DNA of 64,000 nucleotides, taken from NCBI GenBank assembly GCA_964016885.1, contig OZ024745.1, forward strand, positions 22,072,001 through 22,136,000. The letters are read 5' to 3'. This document shows, piece by piece, positions 46,201 to 58,226 of the stretch (positions within the stretch are counted from its first letter, which is position 1; every line of letters begins with the position of its first letter). The translations under genes were made by a program, and so were the position numbers. A model generated the notes under the pieces. It worked only from the letters and a program-made list of their open reading frames with translations. It was not told the origin of the DNA and did no database searches. The DNA comes from Eledone cirrhosa (lineage: Eukaryota).

Positions 46201-46746
46201 CAGTCGATACCTATCGGCCAGTTGGAATTGGCCGATTAAAGTTTTGAGGCTGTTGCACCCCGCTCTACTGGGACATGCTCCCACATAGTCCCATCGTGCA
46301 TCTAGGATACCATTCCAGTCCCCCACTAAAAGTAAGGAGCGAGACGTTCCCAGAAAAGACTCTAGACGCTTAAAGAAGTCTGGCCGTGATTGCGATTGCC
46401 CGGTCGGGGCATAAACGGCCACCAGTCTGAAGGCTCCACCTCCGATACTGTTCACGTCTAAGACTACCAGTCTACCCTCCGGGTCCAAGTGTACTTGCTG
46501 TACTCCGACGTACAGGTTCTTCCGAAACATAACAGCCACTCCACCTCCACCTCCTGGCTGACAGAGAGATGCGTAGATCTCAAAGTCGTCGAAGATGGGG
46601 GTTAGTTGCTGCCTGTTGTGGATTCTGGACTCGGTAATGGCTATCACATCCATACTGTGTGACCTAAGGTCGTTTAAAAGTTGGCCCTGTTTCCAGGGCA
46701 TCCCTAGGCCACGCACATTCACGGTTCCAACTCGTAAACCAGCCAT
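43300..46746 (-). CDS. L1/Tx1-clade LINE ORF2: APE endonuclease, reverse transcriptase and C-terminal CCHC finger, uninterrupted 1148 aa
   Basis: N-terminal APE motifs (NVRG, GDWN, YLDRF, SDH), RT motifs (PGLDG, KAFDRVDH, RQGCPLS, YADD) and C-terminal CPRC..ETVLHAIVHC. Confidence 0.95.
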   Translation of the reverse strand: MAGLRVGTVNVRGLGMPWKQGQLLNDLRSHSMDVIAITESRIHNRQQLTPIFDDFEIYASLCQPGGGGGVAVMFRKNLYVGVQQVHLDPEGRLVVLDVNSIGGGAFRLVAVYAPTGQSQSRPDFFKRLESFLGTSRSLLLVGDWNGILDARWDYVGACPSRAGCNSLKTLIGQFQLADRYRLDFPTAPQWTWVNRSGTSRSYLDRFFIRERDKDMLSCPRMHMVAYSDHKLVVCLVNRDRIHRQGPGYWKLNVSLPARKAYSERISKLVKQQLTGAIVNNRWWYSPKKAIRIESIGYSRELALEKNRIERELVAKVEEALRSGNAARVLASRTALDQFFDAKHEGCVVRSKTRALGNEGAKAVSWARVAEAKSGNKSTIRSLKDQNGRVLLDPKQMCAAFQRHFARLFEQNDGEPNGAMDFSSYLDGLPRLSNTDAEFCERPITDTEIRDALGRCGKRKSPGLDGLPYEFYIGMPDLFSGVLEAVYCNWQQNGRIPSSAGKGVVTLIRKDENKGDEINNFRLITLLNTELKILAKVLATRLALVVENLVGKAQTCAIPTRSIHDNLHLMRYIIERVGSKPGFGGALINLDQSKAFDRVDHRYLEAVLKAAGFGPVFRGWIEAMHTSICSRVKVNGYLSEPFAITRSIRQGCPLSSILYVLTLEPLLRKLELLQGIPLEPGLRKAASAYADDVTVMVSSTSEIGVIGNILKEYETLTGAKLNPDKSVGLQLGTWRGKPMTSDSVVGRWTDGPVKLLGVWFGPDLQVEKNWNEVTAKVFALTQKWAECKLSLKGRAEVANTFIASVIYYRLTVVPCPREHFAKMERMLFQFLWKKQAPLVRRSVCCQHPSNGGLGMPWLMMRKHALRLRHLQVFLTDPQPVWAPFVRQAFPQLVSLTELQSWVKKRPKTMGAWHIECAQALTVLWQAGAAISGDSTSTFYRGIVRYKGDDVLGETLGVEDDELTSMFGRTFRPGPMDNFQRSLAWQCYRGALPVRDKIYRHGRPGRDPSKRTCPRCAQDIETVLHAIVHCPGVSDLWNYAEQLLSRMGQIQLTAESIVRIKPPDSFKNEREAVFLCTVAMVKEVIWWTRLRGLRTDAFLSGQQLIPFFKYHFRRRIRVEREALHPSKFTERWVNEAKMARVIGPSLFISL

Positions 46747-46787
46747 GTTGGTGAAGAAAAGTTGGAGAAAAAGGACGAAAGGTGCAC

Positions 46788-47223
46788 TTACCTTTTCGTT
46801 TCCTGGAGATCGGGTTGTTCAATCTCCATTTGGGTGCTGGATGGGGTGTTGGGTGGGGTGGGGAAACCTTTCAACAGGACGCGGTTGATGGGTTTGTGGC
46901 AGGGGTTGCCCACGTCCTGTGAAAATTTAATTTTCAGGTCTTTATAGGTTTCCATAGGAACCCTTATAAGTTTAAGGTGTGGAGACGATTCTGCCTTGAC
47001 GAAAGTTTTGCCCTCCATCTCCACCTTGGGGTTTTGGGAGATGACCTCCATCAAACTCTTGTTGTTTGTGTTGATGTATGCGTATTGTTGTTTGTGTTTT
47101 TGTTGTATTGTTTTAGTTTGTTGTTCATCTGGGAGTTTTCTTTTTATGGTGGGTGCTTGTGTTTGGGGTGGTGTTGGTGGTGGTTTTGCTGATAGGGGGG
47201 TGTTTGACTGTGGTGTTGTTTGT
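46788..47223 (-). pseudogene. 3' remnant of Tx1-type ORF1 (Pro/Thr/Gln-rich), 5'-truncated
   Basis: Open frame (..PPPTPPQTQAPTIKRKLP..EMEGKTFVK..QETKR*) ending about 40 nt before the ORF2 start, inside the TSD. Confidence 0.6.
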
Positions 47224-47356
47224 GTGTATAGATAAATAAAAAAATAGATAGTAGTAATCGGAGAAATGTATCTATTGTTTAAATTTGATTAAATTATTGA
47301 GATCCATAAATTAAAAGTTAAAAATTAAAAATTGAGATCTATATTTTATTAAAAGA

Positions 47357-47458
<102 letters not shown>

Positions 47459-47463
47459 TATTA

Positions 47464-47687
47464 TATATGTAAGCTATCGCCGTATTTTGACTAGAGAAAT
47501 TAAAGAAATTATTTAGCCTGATAGTGGGGTTAAGAACCCTTGGTAGAAATGAAAAAAGATGAGTATTGACGTACATGTACGTCAATACTCATCTTTTTCC
47601 ATTTCTCCGAGGGTTCTTAACCCCACTATCAGGCTAAATAATTTCTTTAATTTTTTTAGTCAAAATACGGCGATGGCTTACATATAT
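47464..47687. repeat. Palindrome of about 220 bp in (TA)n
   Basis: Centre gacgtacatgtacgtc near 47576; several arm mismatches. Confidence 0.88.
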
Positions 47688-47741
47688 ATAATAATTTCAA
47701 ACCCACTCGCTGTTTCGAAAATATTCTTACATATATATATA

Positions 47742-47801
<60 letters not shown>

Positions 47802-48860
47802 ATCAAAAAATATTATTAAAATATATGTTATTATTACATAACCTTACATAAATTTATTATTAATCATCAACCAACAATTTATTATTAATTTTTCAATTAC
47901 CAATAAAACTAATAAGAAATGACAAAATATATGTTTAAAATGTAGGAATGTTCAGAGATTTTACTGAAGAAAACCTCTTCTTAGTAATAGCAATACAACG
48001 TGAGGGGAAATTAATTGATTTATTTGTAATTTAGATAGTTCTAATGATTAAATGTTATAAAAGTTAAGATGATAAAAAAGTAAAGATTATAGATAACCTT
48101 ATATTATTTTATAGTAAGTTATAAAATTTATATATTTTATAGATCCACCTGTTATATAGTTGTGACTGTTAAAATATGAGTTTGTTTACTATAACGTCTT
48201 AATATTTAAAGTTTTTCTTAAGAATATATCTAAAGCATAAACCGTAAAATAACCGTTTTACATGAGTTGATTCATAGAATGCATTCAAAATTATACATTT
48301 CGATATATATAGACCTACATATATATATACATATATACATACATATATACATACATATATATATATATATATATAAATACAAAATACATACTATAAAAGA
48401 AAATAAAAATGTGAGTTATAATATTAAAAGGATTATAATTTTACAAGGAATTACAATTTTTAAAAAAGCAATTACAATTTAAAAAAAATATATTTATATA
48501 ATTTTAAAGGAATTATATTTTTAAGCAATGTAATTTTTAGGCAATATAATTCCAAAAATATGTAGCTTTTAAAAAATATATATAAGAATACATAGAAAAA
48601 ACACAGTATAAACACAGTATAAAATATGAATTATAACTTTCTATATATCCATCGGAGGAATTAACCAAAAAACCCTTTAATTCGAAACTTTCAGTATGTT
48701 TATCTTAATTTTTTATATAGCCATTATTTAAAAAAAAACTTTAAGTATGTTTATCTAGAAGAATTTTTAAGGAAAATTTTTTCTCATTTAAGAGAGGTTT
48801 TGGCAGTCGTACGAAGGAATCTAATGATTTATCGTTAGGTTTAATAAGATGAGTTATATA

Positions 48861-49570
48861 TTACATTTTAAATTTATATTTAAACGTTGAATACAATCTA
48901 TGTTTGCAGCAACTGAAAAGATAGTTTCTTAGATTCACAGAATTTTTGCTCTTTAATATAAAGAATATTTCCTCTATACAAAGAGCGCAATTTTCGAAAT
49001 AAGAATTGAATGGAGGAGCTTTGGAGATAATATTCGAAAGTAAAGAATAGTTAATGTTCTTTAATTTTAGGTCCCATAGTAAGCTAGATAGAGAAGTTGA
49101 AGATTTTTTTATTTATATTCGTAAAAGAGCAATTATGGTTATTAAAACGAGAATTGAAGTCTGTGGAAGTAGAACCTACATAATTAAATGAATTTAAATT
49201 AGTTTTTACATTATAATTATATACTATATATGTTATTTAACGGACAGTTATATTTGTTTCTACAGTTACATTTATCAAAATTCAAGTTACTAGGAGCCGT
49301 GTTATTAAATTGGATATTGCTGGTGTTATTAATGGTATTCTGGTTAGGATTTAAGTTTCTATTATTAATTCTATTAATATTCTGCGCTAAATTACTGGTG
49401 GTTGAATACGTTAATTTTATAGTATATCTATTAAATATTGAGTAATACCTATGTGTTCTAGGGAAGCATTTGTCAAGAGCTTTAAAGAATAGTTTAGCTA
49501 TAGCAGTTTTAATATTTAATGAGAAATGAGGAGCGAACCATAATATATTCCTAGTTCTATTTCTTTGTAT
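48861..49570 (-). pseudogene. Penelope-like element remnant: thumb/linker and GIY-YIG endonuclease, frameshifted
   Basis: Hand translation gives NILWFAPHFSLNIKTAIAKLFFKALDKCFP..IFNRYTIK, CNCRNKYNCPL, IVY..YVGST, CALCIEE..CCKH. Absent from the ORF track because it is disrupted. Confidence 0.85.
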
Positions 49571-49605
49571 ATGTATATATCTATCTATATATCTATATGT
49601 GTATA

Positions 49606-49655
<50 letters not shown>

Positions 49656-50003
49656 TGTATATATATAGTGTATTTTGCAATAAACTGTATGCTTAATTAA
49701 AAGTATTTCGAAGACCTTACGCTATTGTTTTAGAGTAGTTACAGTCTCACTTACTTTAAATTTTCAGCAAACAGGGGGAGATGAAGCTGACAGAGCTCTG
49801 CTTCGTACTTCTTGGTACTTATCAAAGCTAAGTACTCCACCTGTTTGCTGAAAATCATGAATATTTGATTCTTATAGAATTCTAGTAATAATCAGGACCT
49901 GATTATACAGAGCGGTTGCCGGTCAAGCAGAAATTGAAAATTAGAATTGGTGCTCTGAAATAGCGATTTATATATATGAATGTATATATAGTGTATATAT
50001 ACA

Positions 50004-50231
<228 letters not shown>

Positions 50232-50262
50232 CATATATATATATATATATGTATATATATAC

Positions 50263-50385
<123 letters not shown>

Positions 50386-50415
50386 AAAGAATAGAGGTGT
50401 AACACACGAGTTGTG

Positions 50416-50911
50416 ATATATTGGTAAAAGGAAAAGAAAATGCTGAAAAATTGTTCCCAGTGAAAAATAGTTTAATTAGGAATAAGTAAAAATTAGTAAT
50501 AAGTATTGGTTAGTATTCTGTTTTAGTTTAAATTTTTACCGGTTGCGCATTTCTAATGTTTTTCAAAAATAATTTTGAGATAGAGCGCCCGTGATGTTTG
50601 CTCTAATCTGATCAGTTTGGGAAATTCTACCTGTTTTATGTGAAAAAAGTGGCTCCAGAGGTATTAAAATAAGTACCTCTGGAGCCATTTTTTCACATAA
50701 AACAGGTAGAATTTCCCAAACTGATCAGATTAGAGCAAACATCACGGGCGCTCTATCTCAAAATTATTTTTGAAAAACATTAGAAATGCGCAACCGGTAA
50801 AAATTTAAACTAAAACAGAATACTAACCAATACTTATTACTAATTTTTACTTATTCCTAATTAAACTATTTTTCACTGGGAACAATTTTTCAGCATTTTC
50901 TTTTCCTTTTA

Positions 50912-50920
<9 letters not shown>
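50416..50920. repeat. Near-perfect palindrome of about 500 bp in (TA)n
   Basis: Centre ccagaggta-ttaaaataag-tacctctgg near 50668. Confidence 0.92.
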
Positions 50921-50994
<74 letters not shown>

Positions 50995-51004
50995 GTATAT
51001 AAAT

Positions 51005-51065
<61 letters not shown>

Positions 51066-52643
51066 ATTTCTACAGGGCTGGAACTGCTTTATTCCTTTGG
51101 AATCAGCATGAATGAATTCATGGAAGAAAAAAAAAGGCAGAAAGGCTGGACTGAAGGAATAAATCAAGGGGGAACCAAAGTTGTAAATGAAGTATTATAC
51201 GTAGAAAGAACGAGAGAAAACTAAAAGAAATTTTAATGAAAGAATTAAAAAGAATGGTCGACAAGATCCCGGACGTCATTCCCTTACCGAGTCGCGTGGA
51301 ATTAGTCAAATCGGACCAAAGAAACAATGTTTCCATTGGTCTTACCATGACTGATACTATCTACCGGTCGAAGTAAATTGTCTTGCTCAACATGAAATAA
51401 GCGTCTTGTTCAAGGACATAATGTATCGCACAGTTCGCGAATATAACTTGCAAACTCACCATTGTAAATGCAATTCTATAAGCACTTGACGACACGTCTT
51501 CTTTAAAACTGAAACACTGAATGAATTACTGGGGAAGAAAATATAGTGGGTGAATAAGTAAGAGATCGATCGACTATCGTCAAATCGGACCGAGGAAACA
51601 ATGTTTCCTTTGGTCTTTCCCGTTGCTAGTACTATCGATCGGTCGCAACTCCATGTAGAAGGAGCAGCGTGAAATAAAGTGTCTTACTCAAGGATATAAC
51701 GCATCGCCCGGTCCAGGAACCGAACTCACAACCTCATTTTTGTCTCTAATCACTGAGCCACACATGAAAGAAAATAAGCCGAATGAAAGAGAGAAAACTA
51801 CAAAAAATATTGATGAAAGAATTAAAAAAGCTGAAAAATAACATAAAAAAAGGAGAATAAACAGAAAAAAAATTAAAGACCGAAGAAAAGAAAGAGTAAA
51901 TGAATGGATGAATGAGAAAAATAGAGAGAAAAAAAGGAAATGTGAATTGATATGAAGGTGAAAGGATGAAGGAAAGAAGGAAATGAACTGAAAATAAATA
52001 CACAGAATGAGTTAAAAGAAAATAAGGAAAGAAGAGAAATAATGAAAGAGGAGGGATGAATGGATGTATGGGAGAATGAAAGAAAGTGAGATAGACAGAT
52101 AGAAAGAAAGAGAATGAATAAAAGAAACACGAAATGAAGGAATAAGTTAAAGAGAAAAATAGAATGAAAAATAGAGGAAAAGAAGAACTGAATTGATGGA
52201 GTGGGAAAGAAAGAAAATAAAGGAAAATATAGAGAGAGAAAGAGACAAAAGAATGAAAGAATGATTGTATAAATGAGAAACTACAAGAACGAAAGAGGGG
52301 AAGAAACGAAGGTAGACAGGATATAATGAAAGACGAGAATAATGCAGGAGAGAAGGGAGGAAAGAGAGAAGGAGTGAGAGAAAGTGAAAGAGAAGGGAGT
52401 GAAAAGAGAGAAAGCAAAGAAAGAAAGAAAGTAGGAAACCGGTTCCTTTTAATGAATTTCGCGCTTTGTTGTGTGACTACAAAGGCGGTTCAGAACGAGT
52501 TTGAAAACGGCTGTGCTACTGGTGTGGTTTGGTTTGGTTGAGTGTGTAAGTGAGCGGAAGACACACATACATGTACACAAACCCACATTCACACATATTC
52601 ATACACATTCATACACAGATGCATGTGTATATATATATAGGGC

Positions 52644-52717
<74 letters not shown>

Positions 52718-52759
52718 TATATATATATATATATATCATATATATATATATATAGATAT

Positions 52760-52806
<47 letters not shown>

Positions 52807-53349
52807 CACATATTATGTATATATATATTTACTTATTCACAAATATACATATTTAAACATATATGTGTATCTATCTCTCTATCTATCTATCTATATATAT
52901 ATATATATATAGACGTATGTGTATTTTGTATAACTTTGTGTGTGTGTGTGTGTGTGTGTGAGTGAGGTAGATAGATAGATGGATAGATTGATATATATAT
53001 ATAGAGAGAGAGAGAGAAAGAGAGAGAGAGAGGGGGGAGAGAGAGGGGGGGTAGTGGTTATCGACAGTATTGCTATGTGTACATAAGTGTGTATGAATGT
53101 GTGTCATTGCGTGTGAGAAGTGGGGAGGAGCGAGGTGATGGATGGTGATAGAGGGTGGCGGAGTGCCGTGATGATGTTGAGTGCGTCTGAGAGATTACGT
53201 CAATGACAGCAGAGAGGATAAACAACAGCAGCAGCAGCAGCAGCAACAACAACAACAGCAGCAACATCAATCAATAGCTGTGGCAGTATGAAGATGATGG
53301 TGATTATTATTGTTATTTATATTATTATTACTATTATGATGATGATCAG

Positions 53350-54750
53350 GGTAGTGGTGTGGTGGTGGTGTTAGTGGTGGTGGTGGTGGTGGTGGTGGTG
53401 GTGGTGGCGGCGGCGGCAGTGGTGGTGACGGCAGTGGTGGTGGTGGTGGTTGTGGTTGTGGTGGTGGTGGCGGCGGCAGTGGTGGTGGTGGTGGTGGTGG
53501 TGGTGGTTGTGGTGTTGGTGTTGGTGTTGGTGTTGGTGGTGGTGGTGGTGGTGGTGGCGGAAGTGGTGGTGGTGGTGGTGGTGGCAGTGGTGGTTGTGGT
53601 GGTGGTGGTGGTGGTGGTGGTGGTGGTGGTGGTGGTGGTGGCGGAAGTGGTGGTGGTGGTGGTGGTGGCAGTGGTGGTTGTGGTGGTGGTGGTGGTGGTG
53701 GTGGTGGTGGTGGTGGTGGTGGTGGTGTTAGTGGTGTTAGTGGTGGTAGTGATTGTAGTGGTGGTGGTGGTAGTGGTAGTGGTGGAGGTAGTGATTGTAG
53801 GGGTGGTGGTGATGGGGGGGGCAGTGGTGGTGGTGGTTGTGATGGTTGTGGTGGTTATGGTGGTGGTTGTGGTGGTGGTGGTGCTGATGGTGGTGGTGGT
53901 AGTGGTGGCAGTGATTGTAGTGGTGGTGGTGATGATTGTAGTGGTGGTGGCGAGGATGATGTTGATGATGATAATAATAATGATGATGATGATGGTGGTG
54001 GTAGTAGTGGTGACGGTATTGGTTACGGTGGTGGTGGTGGCAGTGGTTATGGTGGTGGTGGTGGCAGTGGTTATGGCGGTGGTGGTGGTGGTGGTAGTGG
54101 TTATGGTGGTGGTGGTGGTGGCGTCTGTCGTCGTCATGGTGGCGAGGATGATGCCGTTGACCCAGAAATAGCAGCAAGCAAGGGGTGATGTAGGAGGTGT
54201 GGGAAGATGAGAAGGGGGAGGAGGAGGCTAGTATAAAGATGGTGATGATACTAATAGTGGTGATGATGATGACAAGAAAGAAGAAGAAGAAGAAGTTTGT
54301 CGGTGTTGTTTGTGATGTAGTGGGGTGGGGAAGGTGTGGCATTGGTGACAAAGGATGTGATAATTAGGTGTCAAAGAAGTTATTGACTGTGGGGTGGGAT
54401 TGGAATGTTGGAGGGGAGGATGTGACCGTGTTTAATTATGGAGGCGGCTGTGTTGTCATGTGTACGTGCACAGATGTGTAGTGGTGGTGCTGGTGGTGGT
54501 GGTAGTGGTGTTGGTGATGGTGGTGGTGGTAGTGGTGTTGGTGCTGGTGGTAGTGGTGGTAGTGGTGGTGGTACTTCTGGTGGTGGTAGTGGTGGTGGTA
54601 GTGGTGGTGGTGGTGTTTGTGTTTGTGATAGAGGTGATAACGGTGGTAACGATCGGTGGCTTTGGTGGTGTTGGTAGTGGTAGTTATGGCTGTTGTGGTG
54701 GTCGTGGTGATGGTTGTAGAATAGTGGTAGTTGTAGTGGTGGTAGTATTA
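53350..54750. repeat. (GGT)n-rich low-complexity region
   Basis: Directly visible. Confidence 0.92.
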
Positions 54751-54806
54751 TAAGAATGAATGAAGAAAGGAAGGTCGTAGGTATTTTGAGTTGACGGAGA
54801 ATATGT

Positions 54807-54868
<62 letters not shown>

Positions 54869-55489
54869 GGTGGAGAGTGAGAGACGAAGAGGAGCGAGAG
54901 AGTGGCGCAAAGCATGAGAGAGGAGGAGAGAGAGAGAGGCAGAAAGAAAGAAAGAGAGAGAGAAAGAGAGAGGCGGAAAAAAGAAAGCGAGAGAGAGAGA
55001 GAAAGAGGAGGGTGAGAGAAGGGTGGAAAGAATGAGAAAGGAGGAGAGTGAAGAGATGTGAGAGAAAGTGTTAGTGAGGGGAGGAGAAGATGGAGAGATT
55101 GGGTTTGTGAAATTATCGGAGGTGGGAAACATAATTGATAGAGCAGAAAGAAGGCAGGAGCTAGAGGATGAAAAAGAGAAAGAGGAAACGGAACTTTGGA
55201 GAAATAGAAGTATTTGGGGTGGGCGGTTAAAAACCAGGAAAAGATCCATTGGGATTGAAATAACTTTAAAGAAGTAAACAAAACATGTAAAAATAAAAAA
55301 TGGAAGTTGTGGAATTTATTTTTATTTGAAGCGCATAATCAGAGATTGATAAATCAAAGGAAATGAGAATGAGTGATGTTCATCCTTTCCTTAACAATAA
55401 TAGTTAAGGAAACTATTTTCAAACACGAATAGAAACCGCACTGTAAGGTTTGTTTCGTTAGATCTATCTATGTTACCAGATAATGGGAC

Positions 55490-56100
55490 TCGTTTCTCAC
55501 GTGTCAATACTGAAGCTTCAATGTAGCTACTCGACATGTGAGTAATAGCAGCCAATTCTTCCTCAAATTACACTTTATTGTCTCTACATATGAAGAGAGA
55601 TTGAATAATGTACTCCTAGATAATACACTATGTTTTGATTATAATGATGTGGTCCCAACGGGAATATGTTTAATAATCAGTCAACACTATTAGGGTAGAA
55701 CTGGGACCAAACAACAGCAACACATCCAAACATATCGTTAGCATAATGTATTCCTTGATACATTATGTCTAAATAAAGAGAAGATGGTCACGGCCGAAAT
55801 ATCTTTGTTGATGGTCTGTTGGTTTAGTGTTGAGTTGAGACAACGATAACACTCAACATATTTACCGTTAACATAATGTAGTCTTTCATAGACTATACAA
55901 GACAATGACGGCTGGAAAGTCTTTGATTATAGATGTCTTCAATCAGAGACGACATGGAATTAAATAACAACAAAAGCACTAATGTCACTGATATCATTTC
56001 TACTGAGAGAGTCTCTATCTGATCGATCTACCTGCTCGAAATAGTAGCCGAATTACACCCAAATCCCATCACTTCATTTTTAAAAATGGAATATTGAGGA
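55490..56100. repeat. Degenerate dispersed repeat with internal units of about 120 bp
   Basis: ataatgta..ga..ca..atg..atggtcacggc-like motifs recur three times. Confidence 0.45.
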
Positions 56101-57780
56101 GGTTTCCACAAAACATCAGATTTCACCTCTTTCTTACATCATAACAGTTTATTAATCGTTTGTATTTATTATTATTACTTTTATTTGTCGCCGCAGTCCA
56201 TTACTATTTTCTTCAGAAGTTATTGTTTCATTTTGATTATGGTTTGCTTAATGGTTTATGATTTGCTCAATAGTTTATAGTTTGGTCAGTGTTTTATGGT
56301 TTACTCTGTGTTTTATGGTTTGGTCAGTGGGGAAATACATTTTCATGACCTCTGACACTGCTGGAAGATAGAGAGAAAGTAACCAGATTTTATGAATTGC
56401 TATCAAAGTGTACTGGACTATCGAGTTATCTTTAGATCGAGGGCAGAGTGGACCCCTTTAAAGTCACCACAGAATAGGTACAATCTATCTATCCCTCGAA
56501 AATCTATAAAGTTTCAGCCAGCACAGATTCTCGCACAAAGTTTGGGTCAATTTTACACATAATTGCAAAATCAACTTCTTAAATGCATAGCCACACATAC
56601 ATCTATATTGTCCTAGATACACTATGCCTGAAAGGAGGACGTGATAGTCAATACTGGAGATCAGAGATTTGGAACGAAACAACTGCAACCAGGTTTTCCA
56701 GCGCCAAAATAATGATTTGTCGCATTCAGCAGAATCGATTCTCTACACACAATGAAAAGTAAAGTCGATGGTGGTGACTACCAAAATAATGAATAATAAA
56801 TATATTTTTCCTTTCATGTTGAGATAAAACAGCCCACACATAAATGTGCATAGGTGTGGTATAGTCAGTGTAATCGGCTTTACTATATTACAGGTACATA
56901 TTTGTTATTTTTAAAAACGAAAAGTATGTTATTGAACCATCGAAGATCTCTTCAGTATACAGAAAGTTTGCAGGAAATTTGAAATAAAAAGTAACTCAAT
57001 ATATAGAATTTCATCGACAAGATCTCAGAATTCATTCGTTTACCGAGTGAGGTGGAACTCGTCAAATCGGACCAAAAAAACAATGTTTCCATTGGTCTTT
57101 CCAGTGCTGATATTATCTATCGGTTACAATTTCTGGCAGAATCCCAATATAGTCCTTGGTATAAAACTATGTTAATATCAAAAGCATATTTGGTGCTGAT
57201 TAGTATAAATGAAATAAAGAAGGTGAATGGTCTGCTTCGTATGATATAGATAACTAGACCGTAAGTTCGAGGGATTGCATTTTCTGTTTTTGTCAAAATA
57301 TTTAGATCTCAAATGATGCAGTCTAGGCTAGCTGTGAAGAAGTATCACAGAGTATGAACAGATTGACAGTACAAACAGTAACAACATTACAAACAGTAAC
57401 AACATTACAAAATTGATAGTGTTATCTTCTGTTTTACATTTGTAAGTAGTCTTGAATTCTTCTTCGGAGGATAAGGTCTTGGATAGAACTGAACTTCCAC
57501 TAAGTTGATTTCTGTATATAATATACATTTTTAGTAGTGCCTCCACAGCATAGTCACCTATGGAACACATTGCAAACTACATTTGAAAAAAAAAAAAAAA
57601 AGAATTCCTTATGCAAATAACCAACACACTAAAACAAATATTAACTGGGAATATGTTCAAGAAATGTATTATTCAAAGGACAGTAAAGCTTGCGTGATCA
57701 TTTCAAATCATGTCAATATGAACGCTAGCAAGTAGATATTCGAAACAAAGTAACTATTTATTTCACAAAATTAGATTACA

Positions 57781-58226
57781 CTAGCAGAATGGCCCGGCGT
57801 TGCTCGGGATTCTAAACATAGATTGGCATGTTTATCCCCCCTTTCTGAAACAGTTTCGTCGTATGTTGATGCAGAAGTCCTAATAAAAAGTGAAGTCGCC
57901 TTGGGTGAATAGGCAAATAATTTTCCATTAAGATTTTTCAACATACAGACAGATATTATAAGGACGCGTCGTTACACCTATGTATCTATTTAAAAAAGAC
58001 AGACTAAGAATGATATAGAGAGATCGTTACCGGCGCCTAATGCGGTCCCTAGGGCATTGAAAATTTGAAATATTTTTTGTTCAAAACACTCACACGACCA
58101 TAAGTATTACATGTATAAAGTTTGAAAAAAATCGGTTGGGTGGTTCTCGAGTTTTAGGGAGTCAGACAGACAGACAGACAGACAGACAGATAGACAGACA
58201 GACATTCTCTGTTTTAGATATATAGA
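57781..58226 (-). mobile_element. Non-autonomous Helitron with internal (CTGT)n
   Basis: Minus strand starts A|TC and ends with hairpin CCCGAGCAACGCCGGG followed by CTAG|T; no TSD; (GACA)n near the 5' end. Confidence 0.8.

Larger units (their letters stand above)
43064..47223 (-). mobile_element. 5'-truncated L1/Tx1-type non-LTR retrotransposon with target-site duplication
   Basis: The direct repeat GTGTATAGATA at 43053-43063 and 47224-47234 brackets the element. AATAAA lies on the minus strand near 43070-43075. The interior is visibly GC-rich against AT-rich flanks. Confidence 0.88.

Noticed and set aside
43255-46888. Overlapping and antisense ORFs within the Tx1 ORF2
   Set aside because: Shadow frames of a GC-rich coding sequence
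47960-48030. CTGAAGA..cctc/gagg..GAAA-ttaa-TT
   Set aside because: No stem I complementarity
56480-56760. Possible decayed DNA-transposase (Harbinger-like) remnant; similar unique stretches at 37050-37790 and 59340-59950
   Set aside because: Multiple stops and no diagnostic motif I can verify by eye
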